Source: Amoebidium appalachense (taxonomy: Eukaryota > Protista > Ichthyosporea). Taken from it: a DNA stretch of 64,000 nt. Position numbers and translations under genes: made by a program. The stretch is taken from contig CAVNZM010000001.1 in NCBI GenBank assembly GCA_963693365.1, positions 332,344 to 396,343 on the forward strand. Direction: 5' to 3'. This document shows, one piece after another, positions 24,057 through 64,000 of the stretch (its first letter is position 1; each line of letters begins with the position of its first letter). The notes under the pieces were generated by a model. That model did no database searches and was not told the DNA's origin. It was given only the letters and a program-made list of their open reading frames with translations.

Positions 24057-25364
24057 TTAATTTGGGACGCATGTTGCATAAGATGACGCATGCGAGTGAT
24101 GCCTGTCGACCAGTACCATGTGGGGGCCTGGGTCGGGTTGGTTCTTCAGAATTTTGACCAGAGCAATAGCAATTTGGTCGAAAAAATGGTACAGGCTTCG
24201 ATTGTCGCTTTCTTGACTTGCGCGCCTTTGAGAATCACGATGACACCGAGAAGTTCACCTGCAACATTGCCAGATGGAATGATGGTGACGTTTTCTTTAC
24301 CGTTTCCGATGATGCGACGTCGGACTGGTCTGCTGCCCTTTTTAGCACCGGCTAGTCTGGGAACGTAGCGGATTCTCTGTGGGGTTTCGTCCAGGTTGAG
24401 GACTTGGCGGGCAAGGAATCGACCGCCAAAAAAGGTTACCATCACGTTGCGGACGATGTCAAAGTAGTGACGAATGATGCTTGGTGTTGTTGCTGCATCG
24501 TGCCGGTCATCAGCTAGCAAAGGCACCCTCAAAGTGAAGTCTGGGTGTCGTTTTTTGAAAGCATTCCAGAACCCATCAGATGGTCTGTCGTTCTTAAAGG
24601 GTACCTCGTGTTCTTTTGCAGTTTCTACTAGTTTCTGTTTGATTTCGAATTCACGAACAGATGCGGATAGATTCGCATCCTGCTTCTCAAAGATCCACTC
24701 TATCACACCTCTCTCTTGTTCATAAGTGAGTGCTGATGATGACCTTCCGGCCCCGTACGCGTGCCTACTAACTTTGCCCTTAAGGTGATTCTCAATGGTG
24801 GTGCGTGCTACCCCAAAAACTTCAACTGCTTTCCTTAAAAATAAATATTATGCTTCACGTGCTCTAGCTCTGCAGCTAAATTACATCTCTCTTCATGTGT
24901 CTTATTTTTGTGTTCTAGAAACGCTGCCTCTATCTCCTCTGCTGTGGGCTTGCGCCTTTTCTGCCCTTGTGCACTCATGTTGGGAACCCCATTCTGTCTG
25001 CGGGGCAAGGGTGTGTGATAAATGGGCAATAAAAGTACAAAACATATGAAAGATGTGAGGCTACGTGAGAGGAAATCCTTAGAGTAAGGATGAGGAGTTC
25101 CTATGTTTTCGAAAGAGGATGTGCTTTGCTCTGCTGTGGTGGTTGGTAGAAAACGGCCCTTTATTTTCAAAGTTGGCTGCCGGGTTGGGCAGCCAACCAG
25201 ACACGCTGGCATGCAAAAAGGGCGGGAAAAACGTAATAATGCATAAAATTTAATTAATATGGACTCAAGTCCGGGTGATGCGCCGAGGGCCAATTAAAAG
25301 TGTCCCAAATTTATGACGGGATTCAAATCGTCCCAAATTCGAGCGGTTTAGCCACACTACTGTA
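24057..25364 (-). mobile_element. Truncated pogo/Tigger/Fot1-like (Tc1-mariner superfamily, DDE_1) transposon remnant
   Basis: ATG at 24978, HTH_psq-like RKAVEVFGVARTTIENHLKG, CENP-B-type HTH PSDGFWNAFKKRHP, first catalytic Asp NLDET and, after a frameshift/deletion, VLVDRHHSH (the LDGHxSH motif). Candidate end TA|CAGTAG at 25364-25357. GTCCCAAATT repeats near 25304, 25330 and 25478, inverted near 24060. Confidence 0.8.
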
Positions 25365-25909
25365 AATCGGGTAGCCATGTGCCAGGGCTTGCCGGGGATG
25401 CTCGAATGTTGAACTTCCAGGAAAAAAGCTAAAAAATAGCTACCAATAAGCGCTCGATCAGCGATGACGCGAAAAGTGTCCCAAATTCGAGCCGTAGAAC
25501 TATTGGTCCGCACTATACTTTGGAATGCTTCGGAATGCAGATTAACGCACTGGAATGCGTCTCTCTGGCTCTGCCAGCGCCGCCACCATATAGTAGCGAC
25601 CGAGGCACGGGGATATTATGTTTTTCAGTGCTCTGTAGGGTTTCGCCTACACTGTACTAAACACCTAGAACCACCGTGGCGTATGCAAAGGCGTGTATGT
25701 ACACTCTAGTAGGTTGACGATACGCGGGAGGAAACACATGGAAATAGTGCATGCGCATGAACCTGACATCAACGTTCTATTATCGCTTGCGAGTGAAACG
25801 CCACAGCAGGGCAAAGAGCCTTTCATTCCAAGGGTAACTAAGCGAGGCTGATGCAGGGATAGAAAAGGCCCTTACAAGCATCAAATATCACTCCAGTTAA
25901 AATATAGCC

Positions 25910-31415
<5,506 letters not shown>

Positions 31416-32439
31416 GAGACATTCAAGCCAGCCTGACCTACCCGGCATATTTATTTGCTCTATGTATGCATGGGAGCCACTATCATGTTTCCATAAAAAT
31501 TAGTTATTATCGGATAAGTATGTGGCCAGAATATACACATCGGAAACCACATGAGATATGGCGGATCTTTAATTAGGTGGTAGGGGTTTCTGGAAACCTA
31601 TGGTAGGCCTCTTTAAGCACACCTGAGCAGTCGCTGTGACTGAATCTGATTTATTCGACCAGCTCGGGAGCATTAAATGTGATGTGGCGTATGCACAATC
31701 CAACTTATGTAATGCATGTCGAGAATCGTCGCAATAATGATAGCTGTGGTACTGGGTCATACGAAGTTTCCCATTGTCTATGGTACTTTAGGATTATAGT
31801 TGACTTAGCCCCCGCTCTATATATGAAAATTATAATATTCTCTTTTGTTCTTGTGGGCTTAGGAGGGTCTGGAAACAAGATTCTAGCTACTAATGTATCT
31901 AATCTAATTAGTACAGCCCAAATCCACTTTATCTTATCTAGTTAGTACAACCCATAATCCACTTAATCTTGAATTTGGCCTACCCCTGTAGATGAAATTT
32001 CTCCCTGGGAAGATTCCATTTCTCTGGAGGAGAGCTTTACTAGTACTCATTGGGGAACGTACAGTGCACCGAAAATACATAGCACATGGCTTCCATATTA
32101 TTATCAAAGTGTTCCGGTCACAAGCTGAAAGGGTAAGGCTCCCAAGTTGACAACATTTTCATTTATGTTTCACATTAGTAAAGGCTGGGGTAAACAGTTG
32201 TAGTAATGTACTGTGGTGGGCAGCTAAACGCACACCGTTGTCTATTGCTATTGTTTACGTTGTCTTTAGATTCCAAGAAAAACAGTGTGCAGCCACAGGC
32301 AAACACACATGTATGTGCGCGCTTGAAGGTGTGCTCGTTTTCCACACACAACTCTTCCAGCAAACACGTGTGGACACCCGCTGACACAGCCATACTATCA
32401 CAGACAGCGTCACACGTGCACACCGCCAACTACACAATG

Positions 32440-32805
32440 TTACTCTCACACACTTTACACAAATCACTCTCACACGCTTTACACAAATCACTCTCACACA
32501 CTTTACACAAATCACTCTCACACACTTTACACAAATCACTCTCACACACTTTACACAAATCACTCTCACACACTTTACACAAATCACTCTCACACACTTT
32601 ACACAAATCACTCTCACACACTTTACACAAATCATACACAAATCACTCTCACACACTTTACACAAATCACTCTCACACAGTTTACACAAATCACTCTCAC
32701 ACACTTTACACAAATCACTCTCACACACTTTACACAAATCACTCACACACACTTTACACAAATCACTCTCACACAGTTTACACAAATCGCTCTCACACAC
32801 TTTAA
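32440..32805. repeat. 24-bp minisatellite, about 15 copies
   Basis: Unit CACACTTTACACAAATCACTCTCA. It appears in the ORF track as HTLHKSLS / CKVCESDL periodicity, with one register slip near 32635. Confidence 0.93.
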
Positions 32806-33792
32806 AACAAATCAAGTGAGCCACAAAGTCTACAAATTACCATACATTAGGACCCCACCACCACCACCACCACCACCACCACCGGCATATTGACAGACTC
32901 CTAAACTCACTAAATCAAACACACACAAAAGCGTGCATACGCAAGAACTTCGGAAGGTGTTGTGAATTTCGCAATTATCCGTTGGGGAAAAAAAAAATGT
33001 GAAATCCGCTTTTTAAAAACAGTGTCACCCTCAATCTTCATTATATCAACTTGTGCTACGTCGTTGCATGTACATGTGCCACGCAAAGACGACCCACTAA
33101 TCCCTGCTAAAGACGACCCACTAATCGCTGCTACCTTTTGAGGTAGCTCTTATTTTTCAAGGCTGACAAAACTTTTCCTCCCAAGCGACTCGATCACGTG
33201 CAAACTGCTGGCGAAACTCCTACCCTTAAAATTTTACTTGGTCATTCGACGGTTGACTCAGGCCACAGTCGTACGTGGCAGCACTAATCGTCTAATACCA
33301 AATTTCCCCTCCATTCCGTTGAGAAGCCAAAAAGACTATGATATTCCTTTGACTTTCAAAGAGTCAACAGTTGTGCACAGGTGAAAAGGAAAGTCATAGG
33401 GAAATACCCCCCCCCCCCCCCCCCCGCCCCGTGCAGAGACACGGGCGCGCATCAGTCCACCCCCCCCCCCCCCCCCCCCCCCCCCGCCCCTCCTCCCGCC
33501 CTCTTTAAACTTTAACTGAATGACCCCTGTAAATAGCGTGTCACTTTTGAAATTCGAAATAAGACACTAGGGATGTGTATGCATTTGTATGAGCCACAGT
33601 GTGACTGTATCGGCATGTGTGCCTGCGTACGTGCCACTATATCGTGCACCGAACTTATGTGTGGTACTACATGTATGTGTAGGTCTGGTAAGGCGAACTG
33701 TGAATCGTTGTGTTTGTGTGTGTGTGTGTGTGTGTGCACGGTGTGTGTGTGTGTGTGTGTGCCAGTGTGTGTGTGTATACATGTATGTATGG

Positions 33793-33871
<79 letters not shown>

Positions 33872-34562
33872 TGCCTGTGTGTGTGTGTGTGTGTCTGTGT
33901 CTGTGTGTGTGTGTACATGTGTGTGTCTTTGACCTTGTGTTCTCGCTGATGCCAACGTGGTCCAGGGGTCGTACTAAGAGTTCTTTAGGCATGTTCAAAC
34001 TATGCTCGCCTTACGTGCCTTGCAGTGGACATGTACAGCTTGAAGGTAGATGAGCGAGATCGCGGGGGAAACGCTGCAAGCCGGGCCCCGGGGGGGAACT
34101 CGAGATCTAGAAGGCCTAGGGAGGTCCGGAGAGCCTCAGTCCGGAGAGCCTCAGGTCCGGAAGGCCTCAGTACTGCTATGAGAAACCACAGGGGGCACGA
34201 GAAGAGAAGACACCGGTACCCCCCGGGAGGGGGGGAGGGGGAGGAGGGTAGTGGGGGTGGTGGGTCAGAGCCTGCAATTAGATTGATTATGTAAACCGTT
34301 CCAAACGTCTTCTTGCCTCACGATCTCCGATAGTCATTGCATGCTGCGGGAGGGATGGATGGGTGCCCCCCATCCCCCCTTTCTCTTCCTCCCTTCCTCC
34401 CTCTCCGATACATAGGCCCTCGCTCCCTCTCCATCTCTCTCCATCTCTCTCTCTCTCTCACTCTCCAACCCCCCCCCCCCCCCCTCCTCCCCTCTCTTCC
34501 TGCCTCCCTCCCTCTCCAAAGGCCCTCTCTCCCTCTCCGGGCCTCCCCCTTCCCCCCCTCTC

Positions 34563-34601
<39 letters not shown>

Positions 34602-35042
34602 TCTTTCTGCCTTATTCACTCAACTTGTCTCACTCATTCACTCACTCACTCTTTCACTTTCTTGCTCATTCACTCCGAGAGTGACTCACTCCCTCACTCA
34701 GCTCACTCATCACTCCCTCCCTCCCTATCATACAAAAAACAGAGCTATATACTGCAAAAAGTAGAACAAGTCTGCGTTTAGTAGCAGTATCAAGCACGTG
34801 CAGAATCATGACATTAACATAGAATTATCTGTCAGAACAGGATTATTCTGCTGCGAGCAGCTTTCTTCTGCTTTGAGCGGAATATCCTGCTTCTAGTCAA
34901 ATTCATCTGTTCACGGCAGGAGCATAAACTTGCTCCAAGCCAAACATTGTCAATCGTGCTTTTAGCAGAATGTTTCGTTTTACAAAGCAAAACCACAGCC
35001 GATTTGCAGTCCCTTTCAACGTCTGTCTCAGGAACCGGCCCC

Positions 35043-35091
<49 letters not shown>

Positions 35092-35591
35092 GGGTACCCG
35101 CCGGGGGAGGGGGCTGGGCGAGGCCCTGCAGGTACGACTTGCCTGTGGACACCTCAAATAAAAGTTTAAGGCATGCAGTGCCAATCTTAAGCTGCGCCGG
35201 TCATATGCATGCACATTCAATTTAGAGTTGGCCGGCCCACGCTGTGGCCCATCAGCACAATTAGCAATGGTATATCATGTAGTGCATATTGGTAATCATT
35301 CCCCCCCCCTCCCCCCTCCCCCCCCCTGGGCCACACACACACACAAAAAACAGGCATACATACTGTATGATACACATCTCCCGGGCACCTTCAGAAAATA
35401 CCCGAAGGGGGACCGGGGGGGGGGGGGGGGGGGGGGTTGAAGACGTGTGATGGCATGGTTTGTGTGCAGTGTGGTGTGCGTCACGGTCTGCGGTCGTGTG
35501 CACATGCGCGTGTGTGCGTCTGTATGTCGTGTAGGTGCATGTGCATGTGCATGTGCCTGTGATGTGTATGTGTATGTGTACGTGTGTGTGT

Positions 35592-35710
<119 letters not shown>

Positions 35711-37649
35711 GGGTGTGTGTGTGTGTACGTGTGTGCATGCACACACGTGAGTCATGCGCTGGTGTGCGTGTGCGCGCACGCGCGCGTGTGTGTATGTATG
35801 TATGTGTGTGTGTGTCACGGCGTGTGTGTGTCAGTAAGTGAGTGAGTGGAGCGTGTGTATGTGTTGTGTGTGCGTGTGCGCGTGTATGCTACGGAGCGCA
35901 CGCTCGCGGCGAATACGTACAAACAAAAAAATATCAGTTTTTTGAAGACTTGATTATGAACCGCATGAATCCGATCAAATTGGTAACCAAAAAGTGGGCC
36001 ATTCCTAACAAAAGAGTTGGTTCAAACAAAAATTTAAACAAGGCAAAACTCAGTGTACAATCATCACTGGGAAGTTAGGTGCCTCTACTAGATCTGGATT
36101 TACGTTGTGATCAAACATAAGAGCGTACATGCCAACAACCATGTGCACACATGCAGGGCCACCCTCTGGCCAGCGGCATGTACGATATGTAAAGAACTTT
36201 TGAAAGCAACATGCTGTCATGGCAGTCAGCATGCATACCAGTAATGAGATGCACACATACATGATATCCCCCCTCCCCCCCCGCCCCCCTCCCTCCCCGT
36301 CCGGGACCCCCTCCCCCCCCCCCCCCCCCCCCCCCCCCCCCGCTTCTCCCCTTGTGTGGTGCCACTTAATTGCGTGTGTTAGCCTTTTTCTGACTGTGTG
36401 TGTGTGTGTGTGTGTGTGTGCACGTGTGTATTTGGGTACCCAAATTAAAACCAACCTGGGCCCACGGGTATCAATCGCGAAAAACAACACTGTCAGTGAC
36501 GTCCATACAACTTTAACAGCTATTGACGTACACAGCCTGATGATCCGACGGGAAAAATCCAGATCCTTCTAACCAAAAACCAGAACAAGACAAGCGACTT
36601 TGATTTCTGTCGGACACATTTGCTGACACATTTTTGGAATTTACCACACGTACAGGGCTGGTTCACTATTACGATAATTCACATAAGATGCTAGGCTATC
36701 ATTTTTACATACGTACAGCTGCCTGAGGGGTCACCGGGTTCACTAATAAGATCATTCACTTATAAGGTGCTAGCGTCTTCGGAAAATAATAAGATTCTAG
36801 AGTCTGTCGAGGCTGGGGTATAATTAAGATAGCGGGGGGGGGGGGGGGGGGGGGGGGGGGGAGGGAGGGGGAGAAGGTGAGGGGAGGAGGGAGGGGATGG
36901 GGGGGGGAGGATCCGGAGAATTGCACATTTTTTTCAAACAAAAGCATCCGGCAGATATTATATTCTCTCGTCTAGCTTAGGCTGGTAGCACAACTTGAGT
37001 TTTCTTCGTTTGCTGCACAAGATGGACTTCAAAAAAAAAAATTATCAGTGTGTGTTGGCCACAAGTGAGCATGAGAGTGTGTGCCAGGGTGCCCGTGGGT
37101 TTGCCGGGATCATATGTAATTACATACAGCTGAGCGGGTGTGGTGTGTGTGACTGTGTGTTGTGTGTGAGCTGTTGGGAGGGGGGGGGGGGGGGGGGGGT
37201 AAGATAATGAAACCTACAGGCTCCGGAGCCAGAACGTTAATTTTAAAATTCTAGACTCTGCTATGATGCTATCCCCAAATTATATAAGTTATGATAATAG
37301 TACTATATCTAATAAATATTTCAGTTTATATATATCTGGGGCGAATACCCTGGGCAAAGTGTGTGCAAATAGTTAGGATTGTTTAAAGCTTTAAGGTGTG
37401 TTAGCTTAGCTAATAATACCGTAGCACCCCAGCTAGAGTACTGTCGGTGCTGGGTGGAAGACGGTAATATTAGGCATTTTTGAATTTGAAATGGGGGGGT
37501 GGGCAGTAGTAAGTATTGAGGTCCCCCCTGGTGGTGGGTCCCCCCCCCCCCCCCCCCCCCCAGAGGCGGGGGGGGGGGACCTACCTGCTCGAGGGGGTGG
37601 TGGGTCCCCCCCCCCACCCCCCTCCCTAAGCTGACCACCGGGATGGTGG

Positions 37650-37683
<34 letters not shown>

Positions 37684-38686
37684 GGAATCCAACGGGACCC
37701 TCCGCGTCGGCTGCAGCTGCGTACCTTCTCAAGTTCTGGGAGGCTCGCCTTCTCCCCTCCCCCCTCCCCCCCCCTCCCCTCCCCTTCCCCCCTCTCATTC
37801 CACCACCATCCCCAACATTAAGTTTTTGTACTAAGTCTTCTTCCCTTCCTAATATTTAACCAAGGCTTCGAAGTTTGACAAAGTTAGGGCAAATCTATCA
37901 TGCACAACATGTCACTGGGAGAGTGTGTCTGCAACTTTTGTGCCGTGTAGACGTGGGACCGTGTGTGTATGTGTCCTTAAGGTGGGTGGGCATTCGGCAC
38001 TGCTAATCATTGTGGTGGCCTGACAGTGTGCAAGTAAACATCGTGCCACATGCGCAAGCTGTGTAGACGCAATGCGCTTAGCATGTGCAAAATTACGTGG
38101 GTTCACGTGTGTGCTAGAGAAGAGGGTGTGTGCACACGTGTGGGTGTCGTCTCAGTGCGTGTTTGCCTGTGTGCACTTTTGTGTGCATATGCGTGCGTGT
38201 GTCGTGTGTGTGTGTGTCAGTGACTGAGAGAGCTCCCAAATTCTCTGGCCCAAATCTGCACGCGCGCATGTGCCTTTTGCGGCAAGTGTGTCTGAATTGC
38301 CATAATATATATATGTGTGTGTGTGTGTGAACGTTGTTCAATTGCAAATTTAAATGATGAGCACGTAGAGAGGGGAGGCTCCCACGGGCCAGCGGTCGTT
38401 CCCGGGGGAGGGAGGAAGGGGGGGGAGCGGGGGGAGGGAGGGAGGGGGGGTGGGGGGGGGATGCTTTAGTAAGCAGGTCCAATTTGACCCAGGGCCTGAT
38501 AATTGATACCAATTAGTGGGTGTAGAGAAGGTGCCAATGCCAATATGTTTTCAATATACATACTATATATATATTATATGGTGTCCAATAAACATACTAT
38601 ATATAAATTAGTCATATTTGGGTAGCCCCCTCCCCCCCCCCTGGGTGGTGGTGGGTCCCCCCTCCCCCCCCCCCCCCCCCGGGGGC

Positions 38687-38722
<36 letters not shown>

Positions 38723-39393
38723 CCACCTACTCGGGGGGGGTCTCTCCGGGAACTAAACGGGATAAAATAATATATGTATATATTGTATACTTATACTTAG
38801 TATATATATATATATATATATAAAGTATATATATACTTTAGTGAACCACCCCTGTACACCGTACGTGCGCGAGCTGCATGCGCCGTGCGCAATGCCCATG
38901 CACAGTGGCCGGCCAGATAGTATTCATATCTGGCACATACGTTCAACCCCCCCCCTTCCCCCCCCCCCCCCCCCCCCTCTCTCTCTCTCTCTCCCTCCCC
39001 CCCCCTTCCAAAAAAAAAAAAAAAAAGAAAAAACCCTTCCACTGCCCCGCCCGCCTGAACTTGAACCTCTTGAACCTCTTGAACCTCTTCCTACCCAGCG
39101 TACACCCGAGGTGCAGCATTCCATCTAGGCATATGACGTCAGCTGTTGCAACTTGACATCAACTTTCGGCCGGCGGCGCAGCAGCAAAGGTTTTCCTTAC
39201 CCTTGAAAATAGAAGCAGAGTTGTACTTGACTTTCATCTGCAGAAGTGTCCAACAGTAGAAGCAGAGTTGCACTTGGCGATTTTTTGCAAAAGTGTTCTT
39301 TCCCCTCCTTCCCCTTCTCGCTTTCTTGTTTTCTTCCGACCTTACAACCCTCAACCACGCACCCACTCCTAGCACGCACAACACACCACCACC

Positions 39394-40731
39394 ATGGGGG
39401 GCATTTTCAGCTGCCTGGCTAGCCAGCTGACCATATGCGTCACCTCTGCGGCTTGCAACGTTATGTGCCGCTCGTGTGGCCTCAACAGCTCCAGTGCCAC
39501 CCGTGCAGCCTACGGCTTCATTTTTGTGCTGTTCACCCTTGCTGCCTGGATCATGTTGTCTGACTGGGCTAAAGAACAACTTGAAAAACTACCGCGCATA
39601 GCCCAGGAGTTCGCACACGCACATTGCATAGAAGAAGGGGCGTGCAACCTCAAAGACATGCTAGGCGCCATGGGTGTTTTCCGTGTGTGCTGGGCTATGG
39701 CTACGTTCTTCTTCACTATGGCGGTCCTTATGTTGGGTGTGCGAACGGGCCACGACTGTCGCCGTGGCCTACAGAATGGGTGGTGGGCGATAAAAGTCAT
39801 GCTGATAACGGCACTTATGGTGGCGGCCTTCTTCATCCCAAACGACTTCTTTTACGGTTGGGGAATTTTTGGAATGATAGGTGCAGCAGTGTTCATTCTC
39901 ATCCAGCTGATTTTGATCATCGACTTTGCGTTTTCCTGGTCCGAGGCGTGGGTCGGAAACTGGGAGGAGAGTGACCATTCCGGGTGGTTTATTGCGCTCC
40001 TTTGCTCCTCTTTTGGTATGCTTGCTGGTGCGCTTACCCTCACAGTGATTATGTACGTCTATTACATCGGTCATGGGGAGTGCTCGCTCAACGTATTCTT
40101 TGTCACCTTCAACCTCATCCTGTGCGTTCTGGTGGGCCTTTTGGCCGTTTCAAGCCCCGTGCAAGAAACCAACGAGCGTTCAGGCCTTCTTCAAGCGTCG
40201 TGCGTTATTCTCTACGCCACCTACCTAGTATTTAGTGCCGTGTCAAACGGAAAAGAAGAGCACTGCCTACCGGACGGTGAACACGTAGGCGACAACACCC
40301 CTGCCCAAAAGTTCAGCGCAATCTTTGGTGCACTTCTTACACTTGTGTCTATTGCATATGCCTCGGTAACTTCGTCTACAGACTCTTCCGCTCGGTCCCT
40401 TGGGTTGAAGGCGGATGACGAGCCCCTTTTGGAAACGGGCGGCACGGGTGCATCAGCGGGCGGGTCAAGTGAGGATGATGATGAGAGTGAAGGTGTGCAC
40501 TACAGCTGGTCGTTTTTCCACCTTACGTTTGCTCTTGCCTCTCTTTATGTCATGATGCTACTGACAAACTGGGGCACGATCAGTAGCAACACAGAGAAGG
40601 CGGATAGTATGGAGATAGGTCATGGTACGGCAGCGGTGTGGGTCAAGGTGGTGTCTTCGTGGGTCACTTTGTTGTTGTATGCGTGGGTGACAGTTGCTCC
40701 ACTGGTGTTGCCCGATAGGGATTGGTCGTAG
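39394..40731 (+). CDS. SERINC: Serine incorporator (SERINC/TMS1/TDE family) membrane protein, 445 aa, single exon
   Basis: Cys-rich N-terminus MGGIFSCLASQ...C, SATRAAY, LQNGWWAIK, FILIQLILIIDFAFSWSEAW, SGLLQAS, YSWSFFHLTFALASLYVMMLLTNW, VWVKVVSSW, APLVLPDRDWS. About 10-11 hydrophobic segments. Confidence 0.96.
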   Translation: MGGIFSCLASQLTICVTSAACNVMCRSCGLNSSSATRAAYGFIFVLFTLAAWIMLSDWAKEQLEKLPRIAQEFAHAHCIEEGACNLKDMLGAMGVFRVCWAMATFFFTMAVLMLGVRTGHDCRRGLQNGWWAIKVMLITALMVAAFFIPNDFFYGWGIFGMIGAAVFILIQLILIIDFAFSWSEAWVGNWEESDHSGWFIALLCSSFGMLAGALTLTVIMYVYYIGHGECSLNVFFVTFNLILCVLVGLLAVSSPVQETNERSGLLQASCVILYATYLVFSAVSNGKEEHCLPDGEHVGDNTPAQKFSAIFGALLTLVSIAYASVTSSTDSSARSLGLKADDEPLLETGGTGASAGGSSEDDDESEGVHYSWSFFHLTFALASLYVMMLLTNWGTISSNTEKADSMEIGHGTAAVWVKVVSSWVTLLLYAWVTVAPLVLPDRDWS

Positions 40732-41582
40732 GGATTAGGAAAAGTCTGAGAAGTTTAGGTCCAAGCAGTACATGTGGTATGCGTAGTGGTTAGTTGGTGT
40801 ATCTGCGCTATTTAGGCTTCTTACACCCCGGTCACTCAGTGTGAATGACCATAACGTTATGTCTCCGTACAATCTACCGTTGTGCAGGTGTAGTACTTTG
40901 GATTGGCTATTGTAATAGGAATGGAAATTGATCATGAAGGCTACCAACCTTACTTAAATCTGTTTTTTCTCCACAATTTTGGGGTTTTCGTTCCATACGT
41001 ATTCATAAGTGTAACTCAAGTTGGTCATCTCGAGAACATATTCCTTTGCCAAATACGGAAAACACCCACGCCCTGAGCACAGACGATAGCCAGCCGGTTC
41101 ACTCATGAGCAACACATTGTGTAAAGTTGCATACACACACACACAGTACATGTGATTGCTCAAGCCTGTACACCACATATATGTACTGTATACACACATG
41201 AGCAACTAAACCTGAATGCGCACTTAGGCAGACCACAATCAAATCCATCAGTACTTCTGATATTGGCCTTTGCCGTGAGAACAAGCACACTGGCTTTTTC
41301 TCGAGGGAAGGAGGAGCTATCTGACAATTAATTGAATGCTTCTACTGTATGTGGCCCCTCCGCACTCCGCACACAACAGGGCGACATTGAAAAATGGCAT
41401 CGCCCTTAAGAAAGGATCACACACAGCTGCAACGTCAGCATACACTAAAACCTACCCATCACATGCATATCCCATGCAAATATAAATACGTCTTTGCTGG
41501 TTACATACATACGTTCCCACCATTGTAAAATCTCTTGTACATACACAAGTGGCACATGCTTGCATCACATAGGTGTCATATC

Positions 41583-63696
<22,114 letters not shown>

Positions 63697-64000
63697 CTGT
63701 GTATATGTGTGCATGAGCGTATGCACACACAAATGTGACGAGAGCACTGGGTGATTGGTTTTTGCTATGTCACACGCGCACTGTGTTTGCTTAATAAGTG
63801 GGACCAAATGCGTGGGCCAGGTTCATGGTGCCCTGTTCGGCTAAATCCTCAGTAACAGTTATTGTGGGAAAGACCGGTGACAGAAACAAAGAGATAAATT
63901 ACATGAAGGCTGCTTTCCTGAAGTAGTCAAACATTATTGAAAAAGTTCGACCACAAGAACATTGGTTGCTTTGGGATTTTTTGGTTTACAGCTCCAATTT

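Noticed and set aside
36430-36445. 16-bp perfect palindrome ATTTGGGTACCCAAAT
   Set aside because: Single short occurrence with no context, so no function can be supported.
39510-40445. Antisense and alternative-frame ORFs over SERINC (likewise over copia pol and the subtilisin)
   Set aside because: Shadow ORFs expected from GC-rich codon bias, with no independent motifs.

Overview
Eukaryotic, intron-rich genomic DNA saturated with (CA)n/(TG)n, (GA)n/(CT)n microsatellites and long poly-C/poly-G tracts. Most ORFs in the track (HTHT, CVCV, poly-P/G) are artefacts of these repeats. Five host genes can be rebuilt by hand from splice sites: (1) a minus-strand gene with a USP14/Ubp6-type ubiquitin-like domain followed by an apparent second Ubl start, running off the left edge; (2) a secreted S8 subtilisin with a GC-AG intron, Thr-rich stalk and CBM-like C-terminus; (3) a secreted protein with three phytocyanin-type cupredoxin domains; (4) an intronless SERINC; (5) the 3' 21 exons of an insulin-degrading enzyme (M16A), running off the right edge. 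Positions 12.5-25.4 kb are a transposon nest. A very young Ty1/copia element (708-bp LTRs, CCACA TSD) is inserted in the THAP-DDE transposase of an ISL2EU/Harbinger-type DNA transposon (imperfect TIRs, AT TSD, convergent SWIM-finger gene), next to a pogo/Fot1-like remnant. The most unusual signals are: an unannotated short intronic repeat family that always lies sense to its host gene, just upstream of poly-C/(CA)n tracts; many 3' splice sites made of CA repeats without a polypyrimidine tract; a pre-miRNA-shaped intronic hairpin cluster; a non-canonical copia primer-binding site; and the plant-type triple phytocyanin among opisthokont-like genes. The organism cannot be determined from this window. 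All family assignments come from motif recognition, not database searches.
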